Below, one piece after another: positions 48,096 to 60,338 of a stretch of DNA of 64,000 bases. The DNA comes from Mobula birostris. Taxonomy: Eukaryota. The notes beneath the pieces were generated by a model. The model ran no database searches and had not been told where the DNA came from. It saw nothing but the letters and a program-made list of their open reading frames with translations. Position 1 is the first letter of the stretch. The number at the start of each line of letters is the position of its first letter. The stretch spans positions 178,846,080 to 178,910,079 of the forward strand of contig NC_092376.1 in NCBI RefSeq assembly GCF_030028105.1, read 5' to 3'. The translations under genes were made by a program, and so were the position numbers.

Positions 48096-51087
48096 TGTGG
48101 CGGCCCGTACACGCGGAACTCGAACCGCCATCGGGAGCCGCGGGCAGATACGCGGTGGCGTGTTTGGAGCTACCCGCTCGGGGAGGACCTTCCCGGGGCA
48201 GTCTGATGTCACGTCCACTCCGCGGGTCGCAGTGGCCCATGGGAGGGAAGATTTAAGCGCGCGATTTTGAATCAGTAAAGGCATTTTGAGGTTAGCTCTC
48301 TCTGCCTCCGTGTGTTACATTGGTGACCCCGACGTTCCAGACGGCATCTGGAGACGGCGACTCAGCGACCAGCTATGAGTTCTGCAACTCTACAGTGCGG
48401 TCTTTCTGAAGCTCCCGACTTTCTGGGCCACTCAACCCCACGTTTGGTTCGAGCAGGCTGAAGCCTGGTTCAATATCAGAGATATTTTACAGCCGACGCC
48501 ATGCGGTACTACTACGTGGTCAGCACGCTCGACAAAGAGACGGCAGGCCGGATCATCGACTTTCCTACGCCAGCCACCAACGGAGGACAGGTACACTAAG
48601 CTTAAGGCCCTCCTGATCCGTACCTTAGGACTCTCCCGCCCCGAACGGGCCGCGCGGATCCTACACTTGGATGGCCTGGGCGACCGCACGCCATCCGAGC
48701 TCATGAATGATATGCTAGCGCTCATGGACGGCCATAAGCCGTGCCTTTTATTTGAGCAGTTGCTCCTCGCGCAAATGCCAGAGGATATTCGCCTCCTCCT
48801 CGCCAGTGAGGATTTCAGCGACCCACACAGGGTCGTGACTAAAGCAGACATCCTTTGGCAGAGCAAGCAACGTGGAGCACCCTCCACTGGCCTAGCCACG
48901 ATCGCGCGCCCCAAATCCCAGGCCCCGCAACCAAAGCCGTCGAGACCCACGAGGGAAAAAGACCAAAGTTCCGAACAATGGTGTTTCTATCACCAGAGAT
49001 GGGGCTCAGGCGCGCGCCGCTGCCGTCCACATTGTGCTTTTCCGGGAAAAACCGGGGCCAGCCGTCGCTAATGGCTACGACGACTGGCCACCGAGACATC
49101 CTCCTGTACCGCTGGGACCGACACTCCGGGCGGTGCTTCCTGGTAGACACCGGGGCCGAAGTCAGCTAACTCCCCCTCCCCCCAACGAACATGGAAACTC
49201 GTAACGCGGTCTCAGGCCCCGAACTCAGCGCTGTAAATGGCACCAGTATTCGGACGTACGGCCCGCGAACTATCTCACTGCATTTCGTGTCCAGCCGTTT
49301 CACTTGGACTTTCACGTTGGAGGCGGTGGCACAGCAACTATTAGGGACAGATTTCCTACGAGCCAAATGCCTCGTGGTCGACCTTAAAGGCCGGCATTTT
49401 ATCCACGCCAAGACGTTCCAGACTTTGCAGCTCGGAGAAGCCAAGCTACCGGCCCTCCACCTGGATTCCGTGACCCCCGCGGTAACGAATTCGCAAGGGT
49501 GTTGGCGGAATTCCCCTCCGTAGTCACCCTGCAGTTCTCCACGGCCGACCCCAAGCACGGCGTGCAGCACAACCCCACGCAAGGACCGCCGCTGCACGCC
49601 CGAGCCTGCAGGCTCCCACCCGACAAGCTACACCTCGCCAAGGAGGAGTTCCGTAAGATGGAAGAGATGGAAATCATACATCGTTCAGACAGCCCGTGGG
49701 CATCCCCGCTGCACATGCTGCCCAAGTCCGCAGGAGGAAGGAGGCCCTGCGGAGACTACAGAAGGCTCAGCGACGCCACAACCGCCGAGAGATACCCGGT
49801 ACCCGACATCTAGGACTTCACGGCGAACCTGCACGGAGCAACCACCTTCTCGAAAATCGACCTGGTAAGGCGACACCATCAGATCCCAGTGCATCCCGAC
49901 GACGTGCCCAAGACAGCCCTCAACACCCCGTTCGGCTTGTTAGAATTCCCGAGGATGCCTTTCGGTCTCAAGAATGCAGCCCAAACTTTCCAAAGGCTCA
50001 TGGACTCGGTGGGACGCGACTTGGATTTCGTTTTCATTTACTTGGACGATATCCTGGTGGCCAGCAGTTCGCACCAAGAGTACGTGGCACATTTGCGCCA
50101 GGTCTGCCAACGCATGAGTGACCAAGGACTGGCAATCCATCCGGCAAAGTGCCAGTTCGGGCTGACGGAGATCGACTTCTTGGGCCACAGAGTCAACTGA
50201 CATGGCGCTGTTCCCCTACCGGATAAGGTCCAGACCATCCGCCAGTTCCCCAAGCCCAGCACGGTCAAGGGCCTGCAGGAATTCGTAGGGATAGTCAACT
50301 TTTATCATCAGTTCGTGCGGGCGGCGGCACGCATCATGAGACCCTTGTTCAGACTGATGGCTGGCAAGGCCAAAGAAGTGGCATGGGACGCGGAGTCCAC
50401 GGAGGCGTTCGAACAGGTCAAGGTGGCGCTGGTAAAGTCGGCCCTCCTGGTGCACCCGCGAGTCAATGTACCCACGGCACTCACAGTCGACGCTTCCGAC
50501 ACGGCAGTCGGCAGAGTCCTAGAGCAGCTAGTCGAGGACCAGTGGCGACCTCTCACTTTCTTCGGCCGGCACCTACGGCCACCAGAGGTGAAGTACAGCG
50601 CTTTCCACAGAGAGTTGCTAGCGCTCTACCTGGCTGTCCGGCATTTCCGGTACTTTCTTGAGGGAAGGGTCGGCAGCAGAGGCACCCGTCCTTTATTTCA
50701 GAATTCACCACCGATGTCCAGCACATCGCAGGGAAGAACAAAGTCGTCGCCGACACACTGTCTCTCCCCTGCCTCCACTCATTAGTCATATCGTCCTGAG
50801 GAATAGACTATGCAGCACTGGCGGAAGCACGACGGTCGGACACCGATATCCCGGCTTACCGCACCGCCCTTTCGGGACTCCAGTTGGAGGACGTCTCCAT
50901 CGGCCCGGCAGTGGATCGATTCCTGTGCGATGTGTCTACCGGCAACCCCCGACCCGTGGTACCAGCAGCATGGAGGCTCCGGCTGTTCGACACACTGCAC
51001 GACCCGGCCCACCCGTCCATCCGGGCATTCTCCAAGCTCGTGGCGGACAGATTCGTCTGGCACGATTTGTGCAACCAGGCCTGACCC
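48096..51087 (+). mobile_element. 3'-truncated Ty3/Gypsy LTR retrotransposon (5' LTR, PBS, gag, PR, RT, RNase H, start of integrase)
   Basis: LTR TG..CA at 48096-48319; gag LKLPTFW..WFEQAE and WCFYHQRWG..RRC; protease FLVDTGAEVS; RT WASPLH, PFGLKNAAQTFQR, YLDD; RNase H TVDASD, YSAFHRELLA; integrase H-x3-H; stops and frameshifts. Confidence 0.93.
48321..48335 (+). promoter_or_regulatory. Primer-binding site complementary to the tRNA-Trp 3' end
   Basis: TGGTGACCCCGACGT, separated by one base from the LTR-terminal CA. Confidence 0.85.
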
Positions 51088-52390
51088 TTGGAATACCTTC
51101 CAACAGCTTTTCCTGTACTGATGTCAGGCTCACTGGCCTTTAATTTCTTTGTTTATTATTACAGCCATTATGAAACAGCAGTACAGCATGAGCTATTCTC
51201 CAATCCTCCGGTATTTCACCTGTCGCGGTGTGATTTAAATATATCTGCTAGGATCCTGAAAATATCTGCACTTGCTTCCCGTCGGGTCCGAGGGAACACC
51301 TTGTCAAGCCCTGGGCATTTCTCCTCTCTAATCTGCCTCAAAACATCAAACACCTCGTGCTCTGTTATCTGTATAGTGTCCACGAAGTCGATACCATTTT
51401 GACTTACTTGTATACGCTCTGTGTCTTTCTCCTGAGTAAATGCTGATGCAATAAAATGCATTGAGACCTCCTGCATCTCTTTTGGCTACATGCAAGGATT
51501 ACCATTCTGATCTTCCAGATGACCAACTTTGTCCCTTGCAATTTTTTGCACTTAAGGCATCTGTAGAATCTCTTCGGATTCTCCTTCATCTTGTCGGCTA
51601 AGGCATCCTTATGCTTTTTTTTTGGCCCTCCCCATTTCTTTCTTGTGTTACCTTGCATTTCATTACTCCATAAGCACCTATTGTTTTCTTATCTGTCTGT
51701 ACCTGCAATAGTCCTCTTTTTTTCCTTAACCAGGTACTCAATATCTCTTGAAAACCAGGGTTTCCTGAACCTATACTGTTTAACTTTTTCCGACAGACAT
51801 GTACAAGCTTGGTGCTCTCAAAATTTCACTTTTGAAAGTCTCCCTTTGGAAGAAAAAAATACTGTCCAAAAAACACTTTCTAGATCATTTATCACACCGT
51901 AAGAACTGCCCGTTGTCCAATTTCGAATTTCAACCTCTGGATAAGACCTATTTTTTTACAATATTTACTTTGTAACCAATTGCATTGTGGTCACTGGATG
52001 CAAAGTGTTCGCCTCCACGCAGCTTATGTCAGCTGCCCTATCCCATTCTCTAACAGAAGATCGAGTAACACACATAGTTTCTCGATGGGATTTCAACACC
52101 CTGATTAAGGAGACTTTTCTCAACTCAGTCTATCCCATCCAGTCCTTTGACAGTATGGGAGTCCCAGTCAATATGTTTAAAGTTAAAATCGCCCACAACA
52201 GCAACCTTATTTATCTCGCAACTGTCTGTGATCTCTCTCCAATTTTGCTCCATTAAATCCCTCTGCTGTCAGATGGTCTGCAATATAGCCCCATTAGCGT
52301 AATCACATCTTTCCTATGACTCAGTTCTGCCCATAAGGCCTCACTAGTTTTCCGTTCTGTCCTGACTGAGCACTGTCGCAATATCTTCCT
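51088..52390 (-). mobile_element. CR1 ORF2 fragment (endonuclease to RT linker)
   Basis: KENPKRFY, FASAFTQE-like, KCPGLD fragments. Confidence 0.75.
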
Positions 52391-52399
52391 TCAATTACA

Positions 52400-55325
52400 G
52401 TATATGTATATTGAATAGATTTTTAAAATATGTGCAAAAACTGAAATACCGTATATTTTTTAAAAAGTGAGGTAGTCTCCAAAGATTCAATATCCATTTA
52501 GGAATCGGATGGCAGAGGGGAAGAAGATGTTCTTGAATCGCTATGTATGCACCTTCAGGCTTCTGTATCTCTTACCTGATGGTAACTGTGAGAAAAGGGC
52601 ATGCCCTGGATGCTGGAGGTCCTTAATAATGGACGCTGCCTTTCTGAAACATGGCTCCCTAAAGATGTCCTGGGTTCTTTGTAGGCTAGTACCCAAGATG
52701 GAGCTAACTAGATTTACAACCTTCTGCAGCTTCTATCGGTACGGTACAGTAGCATCTCCATACCAGACAGCGATGCAGTCTGTCAGAATGCTCTCCACAG
52801 CACAACTATAGAAGCTTTTTAGTGTCTTTGTTGACATGGTAAATCTCTTTAAATTCCTAATAAAGTATAGCCGCTGCGTTGCCTTCTTTATAACTCCATC
52901 TATATGTTGAGTCCAGGTTAGATCCTCAGAGATCTTGATAGCCAGGAACTTGAATCTGCTCACTCTCTCCACTTCTGATCCCTCTATGACGATTGGTATG
53001 TGTTGTTTCGCTTTACTCTTCCGGAAGTCCACAATCAGCTCTTTCGTCTTACTGACATTGAATGCCGGGTTGTTGCTGCGGCACCACTCCACTAGTTGGC
53101 GTATATCGCTTCTGTACACCCTCTCGTCACCACGTGAGATTCTACCAACAATGAATGCATCGTCAGCAAATTTATAGATGGTTTGGAACTATGGCTAGCC
53201 ACATAGTGATGTGTATTTAGAGAGTAGAGCAGTGGGCTAAGCACACACTCCTCGTGCACTAGTGCTGATCGTCAGCGAGGACGATATGTCATCACCAACC
53301 CGCACAGATTGTAGTCTTCCGGTTAAGAAGATGAGGATCCAATTGCAGAGGGCGGTACAGAGGCCCAGGTTCTGCAATTTCTCAATCAGGATTGTGGGAA
53401 TGATGGTATTAAATGCTGAGCTATAGTCGATGAGCAGCATCCTGACGTAGGTGTTTGTGTTGTCCAGGTGGTCTAAAGCCATGTGGAGAGCAATTGAGAT
53501 TGCGTCTGCCGTTAATCTCTTGCGGTGGTAGGCAAATTCCAATGGGTCCAGGTCTTTACTGAGGCAAGGGTTCAGTCTAGTCATGACCAACCTCTCAAAG
53601 CATTTCATCACTGTCGATGTGCGTGCTACCGGGCAATTGTCATTAGGGCAGCTCACATTATTCCCCTCAGGCACTGGTATAATTGTTGCCTTTTTGAAGC
53701 AAGTGGGAACTTCTGCCCGTAGCAGTGAGAGGTTAGAATTATCCCTGAATTCTCCCGAAGTGGGTTGGCACAGGTTTTCAGAGCTTTACCAAGTACTCCA
53801 TCTGGACCTTCCGCCTTGCGAGGGTTCACTCTCTTTAAAGGCAGTTTAACATCGGCCTCAGAGTCAGAGACCACAGGGTCATCAGGTGCAGCAGGGATCT
53901 TGTTCTCTCTTTCAAAGCGGGCATTGAAGGCGTTAAGTTAACTGGAGTGAAGCATCGCCTCCATTCATACTGTTGGATTTCGCTTTGTAGGAAGTAGTGT
54001 CTTGCAAACCCTGCCAGTGTTGTCGTGCATCGGATGTCGCCCCCAACCTCATTAGAAATTGTCTCTTCGCCCTTGAAATAGCCCTCCACAAATCATACCT
54101 GCTTTTCTGGTATAGTCCTGGGTCGCCAGACTTAAATGCCGCAGATATAGCCTACAGAAGACGGCTTACCTCATCGTTCATTCACGGCTTTTGGTTTGGG
54201 AATGTAAAGTAATAACTTTGCAGGCACACACTCATTCACACAGATTTTAATGAAGTCGGTAACAACTGCAGCATGCGCATCCAGTTCCGAAGATGAAACC
54301 CTGAATACAGTTTAGTCCACCGATTCAAAGCTGTCCTGCAGGCTCTCTTGTGCTGCCCTTGTTTATGCCTTGGTGCTCAATACTGGTGCTGCAGTCTTCA
54401 GTGTCTGCCTATATCCAGGAAGTAGCAGTACAGCCAGTTGACCAGACACCCCGTCGTGAGGGCGTGGAATAGCGCGGTAGGCGTTCTTGATATTCGTGTA
54501 GCAATGCTCCAGTGTGTTGCTTGCTCTAGCATTGCAAGTGATCTGTTGATGGCAATTGCTTAGTGATTTTTTTTTCAGACTGGCCTGGTTCAAATCTCCC
54601 AAAACGATGATGAAGGCGTCAGCGTGCGCAGTTTCGTGCATGTTGATCCCATTACTCAGGTCATCTAAAGCTTGATTGACATGGGCCTGAGGTGAAATAT
54701 ATACGGTTACTAAAATGACCCCGGAGATCTCCCGTGGTAGGTAAAAAGAATGACACTTAATTGCTAGATAGTTCATATCTGGTGAGCAGAATTTGTGCAC
54801 TAAGAAGAGTTGATCATGAGGCATACTCCTCCACCTCGGCTTTGAGAGACTTTATAGATCTATCCTGACGGTGTATTGTAAACACGTCGATCTGAATGGC
54901 TGCATCCGGTACGGAAGAGGTTAACCAGGATTCCGTGAAACATAGGACACGCGCGCTCCTCATGTCCCTCTGTTTCAGCACCCTAACTCTGAGATCATCG
55001 ATTTCATTCACCAGGGACTGCACGTTTGCCAGCAAGATAGTCGGTATAGGGAGTTTGAAACAGCGTTTCCTGAAACGCACTTGTAACTCCGATCTGTACC
55101 CACGCTTTCTCTGTGGTATCCTACGTGGGCGCTTCCGAACACAATCGGCGTTGTTTCCGTCAGTTTTAAGCAGCGATAGTTCGTTTAAACGCATTAAGAC
55201 AGCTTTGTTGACTGTACTGACCTTGGAAGCAGTAGTGCTTTTTTCGTTGTATCAGGTTGAAACGGGAATATTTAATCGTATTCATTGAGAGTACTGCTGC
55301 TACTCGAGTCGCGCCTAGGCGCCCC
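52400..55325 (-). mobile_element. Near full-length decayed Rex1/Babar LINE (endonuclease + RT)
   Basis: [72 protein letters not shown]. Confidence 0.9.
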
Positions 55326-55334
55326 GGACGTACG

Positions 55335-55945
55335 TTTTAGCAGAAAATCTTGGATTGTAACCGATCTTCAAAAAAAAAAACAACGAAAAAGTCAGAACTG
55401 AAATTACAAATTTTAGAAAGCTCTATGTACACGCCTACGCATTTAGATTAACATTACCTGGGAAAGAAGGAGGAAGTGGAATAACAGACATTAAAAAGAA
55501 TACACAACAGCCAGATAAAGCTTCCTAGGATATATTTTAATCATCAAAATCAAGATTCAGTACTGCATACAAGCATATGCAATTCTGAAAAGACGTACAC
55601 ACCATCAAACTTAAATGAAAGCACAATCCAGAGAAATGAAAAAAAAATCACTACAAAAGAAAAAGTTAACCAATGGAAAAAAATTACCCTCTATGGAAGA
55701 CATCCCTACGATCTGACTGGAGGTCAACAAGATGCTGTCAAACGGCTTGCTCGGAGTAGAGGACCTCTTCCTTGTGGTAATAAAATAACGGGTGATTAAT
55801 ACAGAAACATATCTAAACTACAAAATAAAAGAAAACAACTCCAATTTCAAGTTGATAACTACAGAAAATGCCACGAGCAATCAGAAACAATCAAGCACAT
55901 TACACCATCCTGCAGCAGTTTAACTCAAACTGATAACTTCCAATC
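55335..55945 (+). mobile_element. Fragment of an RLE-type (R4/Dong-like) non-LTR retrotransposon
   Basis: RLTLPGKEGGSGITDIK at 55445 (RLYLPRxxGGxGL motif) and a degenerate zinc knuckle YRKCHEQSETIKHITPSC at ~55860. Confidence 0.6.
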
Positions 55946-55974
55946 ACGTGACAGGAGGCCTAGGGAGAATACTG

Positions 55975-56350
55975 CTTGCCTATCCTCTGGGCTCCCCCCC
56001 CCCCACCTTTCTTTCTCCCTAGGCCTCCTGTCCCATGATCCTTTCCCTTCTCCAGCCTCGTATCCCTTTTGCCAATCAACTTTCTAGCTCTTAGCTACAT
56101 CCCTCCCCCTCCTGTCTTCTCCTATCATTTCGGATCTCCTCTCCCCCTCCCACTTCGGATCTCCCCTCCCCCTCCCACTTTCAAATCTCTTACTAGCTCT
56201 TCTTTCAGTTAGTCCTGACGAACGGTCTCGGCCCGAAACGTCGACTGTACCTCTTCCTAAAGATGCTGCCTGGCCTGCTGCGTTCACCAGCATTTTTTGA
56301 GTGTGTTGCTTGAAATTCCAGCATCTGCAGATTTCCTCGTGTTTGCGTTA
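55975..56350 (+). mobile_element. Penelope-like element terminal (pseudo-LTR) fragment
   Basis: Pyrimidine-rich tract followed by a hammerhead motif and GATGCTGCCTGGCCTGCTG..CCAGCATCTGCAG; family assignment from recalled similarity. Confidence 0.65.
56211..56246 (+). ncRNA. Minimal type I hammerhead ribozyme motif (probably impaired)
   Basis: AGTC-CTGACGA-ACGGTCTCGGCCC-GAAA-CGTC-GACT: stem I AGTC/GACT, core CUGANGA and GAAA, GUC cleavage triplet, palindromic ACGT stem III. Confidence 0.7.
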
Positions 56351-56399
56351 ACTAACGAGCCTGGTACATTACGAGTCGCAGTGAGAGGGTTAAGTGATC

Positions 56400-56562
56400 A
56401 ACAACTACATTCTATGAGTAGAAACAAAGTGTTTAGAGTAGCAGCACAGATTTAATAACTGAAATGCAGTTATCGAAAGAACTTGTGTCGATGTCTGTTA
56501 ATGAAAAGATCAATTCCACCGATCGATTCATTGCCCCCCCCCCAAACCCTGAATAAAAAGAT
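56400..56562 (+). promoter_or_regulatory. Decayed protocadherin promoter (CSE mutated)
   Basis: Colinear with the three intact promoters, but CGCT is CGAT (56489-56492) and CCAAT is TTAAT. Confidence 0.8.
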
Positions 56563-56733
56563 AGACGACGAAAGAGTGTGCGTTTAGATTTTGGGGTTAA
56601 GCTGAGGCCAAAATAATCTCCTATCTCTTTCGTTTCGGTATTGATCTGCATCCGTTAATATTTTGTAGTAAAAATGCTGTGATGGATTAATTGAGCAGAG
56701 GCCTTGTTTTGTAAATTACCTGCATGCGGAACA

Positions 56734-57750
56734 AAGCTGTGTGCATCGAGGTGAAGATTTACTGCAACTGCTTCCATTTGTGTCGTATGTGCCCCTATAG
56801 CAATTCCGGGCAAATTCCCGAGAAAATGGAAATAGAGACATTTGCTGGGAATATCTGTCAATAATTGCAATTGAATGTACGGCAATTGTTAGCTCGCAAT
56901 TTTCGGCCGACCTCTGATGACCGAGGACGTTAAATGAAGGCTAGTTTGGCTAATTTATTTTTGTTCATTCTGGAAGAATCGACAGAGAACTTGATTGTGT
57001 ACCGTACCCTTTGAAATAATACTGCAAAATCCGTTCGAGGTGTTTCGCGGGGAAGTGGAGATTTTTGATGTGAATTACAATGCGCCCATTTCCCGGGAAA
57101 GCGGAATTGTTTTGCAAATATCTGAAGCCATTCTGTCTCAAGAGGGCGTAAGACACCAACATTATTCGAGTAAGTACTTTAGTCTCAAAATAGGGAGAAC
57201 CGAGGAGGGTATTGTAATTGCTGCACTGCTCTTAGACAAATCTTTGGACCGAGAGCTGCAGTCATCCTTTCAACTATTGCTTACGACTACAGACGCTGGG
57301 AGTCTCTGGAAACCACAGCACATATCCTCGTTCGAGTCTGGATTTATTATATTGTCCACCGGTATTCGAACATAATGTTTACCGGGGCAGTGTAAGCGAG
57401 AAAGCACATAAAGGCATCGTCATTATGAAAGTTAAAACAAATAAGAGTGGAATCTCGAGGTGGCATATTCCTTTAAGGGACTAACTTCAGAAAAATGTAC
57501 ATGGTGTGTTCAGTTGGACCCAGAAACCGGAGTGTTTGGTGTCGAAAGGCCTGCAAATTTGAAGAAACAAAGACCTATACACTCGATATTAAAGCTGTTG
57601 ATAACGGGATTACGGGACATTTCAACTTGCTGATCCAGGCCATTGAAATGAATGACTACACAACCGAGATAAAAGTAAGATAAATCATGAAGCCAATCCC
57701 GGAAAAAGTTGCGCCGGTAATTTGAATCGTACTTTAAAAGTTAGTGACGA
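56734..57750 (+). pseudogene. Protocadherin pseudogene, 5' half (signal peptide to start of EC4)
   Basis: ATG replaced by AAG at 56734-56736. Remnants VPFEIILQNPFEVFRGEVEIFDVN, LLDKSLDRELQSSFQL and YTLDIKAVD..EMND. Stops and deletions. Confidence 0.92.
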
Positions 57751-57869
57751 TTTAGCATAAACGAGGGAGTTTGGAAATCTGCCTGATTGGTGACACAACA
57801 ACAACGTCTTAATCAAGCAAACAAACAACATTTCGTCCCCAGGCCAAACTGTTTGCCCGTATTCAAAAC

Positions 57870-59370
57870 GTCCACAATTGCCATAGGCAGAGCGGCTTTC
57901 ACGTACTTTGGGAAATCGCTATAGATTTTCATTTAAAATGTATTTTCTCTTTTCTTTACCAGCTGGCAAACTTTTCTGAGTCATGACCTTGGACATGGTC
58001 CCACATTGTGAGGTCGTGTGGAAGGTTACATCACATGGGATCCAGGGTATGCTAATCAGATATATATTAAATTGGCTCGCTAAAGGTGTCCGAAGGTGGT
58101 AACAGAGGTATGTTATTCAGACAGGACACGTGGTCTGCCATAGGCTTAAGTGCTAGGTTCATTGTTGTTTATTATTTATATTAATAAATCACAGAAAAGT
58201 GTCCCTAACGAAGTTCGTGAAGAACCTAAGAATTAGTATTATTGCGTAATGAAAACATGTTAAACAGGTTGACTGAACCTGGCCTTTTCTCGTTGGAGCA
58301 ACGCACGGCGAGGATGACCTGACAGAGGTGTATAAGATGATGAGAGGCATTGATCGTGTGGGTAGTCAGAGGATTTTTTCCCAGGGCTGAAATGGCTGCC
58401 ACAAGAGGGCACAGGTTTACGGTGCCTGGCAGTAGGTACAGAGGAGATGTCAGGGTTAAGTTTTTTTAAGCAGAGAGTGGTGAGTGCGTGGAATGGGCTG
58501 CCGGCAACAGTGGTGGGGGCGGATACAAGAGGGTCTTTTGAAAATAGCTTTTGGATAGGTACACGGAGCTTAGAAAAATAGAGAGTTATGGGTAATCCTA
58601 CTAATTTCTATAGTAAGGACGTGTTCGGCACAACTTCGTGCGCCGAAGGCCCTGTATTGTGTTGTAGGTTTTCTATGTTTCTATTATAGAGCACAGTACA
58701 GAAGGTTATCCCAGAATGGCTTAGTTGAGAATAAAAGATATGAGTGGGACAAAGAAATGCAAATTGGATTTTAGTTATACGTGCGAGGTTTCGCGATTTG
58801 GTTTGTAACACATGGGCAGAACCTGCACAGTAAATGTGCTGCAGACGGCACCGTAGACCATAGATTTTGGAGAAGATGCAAAAATTTCCTTGAATGCTAT
58901 GGCAGAGCTAAATATGCGGCGGGAAAAGAGGCTTGGCGTGCTTGACTTCAATATTGAGGGGATTGATTGCAGGAATTGGGACATAATGTTGCTATTGTAA
59001 GGTTAGTTTTTGAGAACACGCTTGTGAGACTCGTGACAGTATTGTGTGCAGATGTTTTTTTTTAACAAAGGAGGATATAATTTAGAAATAAAATGCGGAA
59101 AAAAGGCGGAAGTGCGTGACTTTTTCCTGCAGGAATGGAACCTGGAAGTTGACTTCATCAATGTTACAAAAATGAAGGGCACAGGCAATTGAAACGTCGG
59201 TGTGTTTTCCTAGGGTAGGGGAGGGTAAAAAAAAAGAGTGCATAGATTTAAAATTAAAGTGGTGAGTTTTAAGGGGCCTGAAATCAACTGTTTTACATAA
59301 ATCATGGTGACTGCATGGAAAAAGCTGTCAGAGGAAGCTGTATAAGGAGGGGAATACATGGATGGATGTA
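57870..59370 (+). mobile_element. Ancient CR1 remnant with a younger CR1 3' fragment nested at ~58262-58683
   Basis: The old part matches 7660-8125; the nested part has the standard 3' end and TTTCTATG tail. Confidence 0.7.
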
Positions 59371-59989
59371 AAAATATTTCCTCTTGAACTTTTTACAACG
59401 AGGCCAAGCGAAGTAAGCATGATTTAGAAAAGCCCTATCTTTCAGTTGAACACGCTTCAGCATTCATGGCTCAATACTGAATTCTATAATTTTGTGAATT
59501 CCTTCTTGCTGTATGTATCACAGCCGGTCAGTTTTACCTGCCACCATTTTGTCTTTCAAGTTTCCTTTTTGCATTTACAGAGAGACGCTTGTTGCACAGA
59601 ATAGAATGCAGCCATTTGCCCACCACGGCCAGGGAAACCATTGGGCCTGTCTGTACAACTGGCATTTAGCTATTCCACATCATTCTCTGCCCCACTGGTT
59701 CTCAGATTGATTTTAAACGCAGTGATATTCGACTTCATTTCACATCTCTACAGTTCACATCATAGATCACCTGTTCAAATCAACTCTCATGGCCGGATAC
59801 GAGGGACAGCCAAACAATTAATTTCATTGGGTAATAGAAATGTTGATAGAACCTATATGTTTCCAATGGCATGCGAAGTGAATTAGTAGATTGTGCTAAA
59901 TTTACGTCTAATATGGCCAAATGAAGGCTGATGATATAACTGACAAATTAAATGCTGAAATTAATACCGATTGGATCAATTTTTCCCCA

Positions 59990-60160
59990 ATAACTACATT
60001 TTATGGTTGTACAGTAACAAATATGTAGAATAACAGTACAGCTTTAAGAACTCCAGTTGTAATTGTCGAAAAGAACTGGTTGTGTCGCTGTCTGCCAATG
60101 AGAAAGTCAATTCCATAGATGGATCCATTGCCCCTCCCACACCGAGAATAAAAGGATAGA
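59990..60160 (+). promoter_or_regulatory. Protocadherin gene 3 promoter with CSE
   Basis: 48-bp block at 60057-60104 (1 mismatch to the other two); CGCT at 60086-60089, 253 bp before the ATG. Confidence 0.85.
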
Positions 60161-60338
60161 GTCGACAACAAAGAGGATCATTACGTACATTTAGATTATG
60201 CAGTCAAACTGAGGCAGAAAAAAAAATCTCCTTTCTGTTTAGATCCGGTCTTTATCTGCATGTGTTTACATTCTGTCGCAAGGACAGTGTTACGGATTAA
60301 TTGACGCCAGGTTTTGTAAATTAATCGGATGCGGAACA

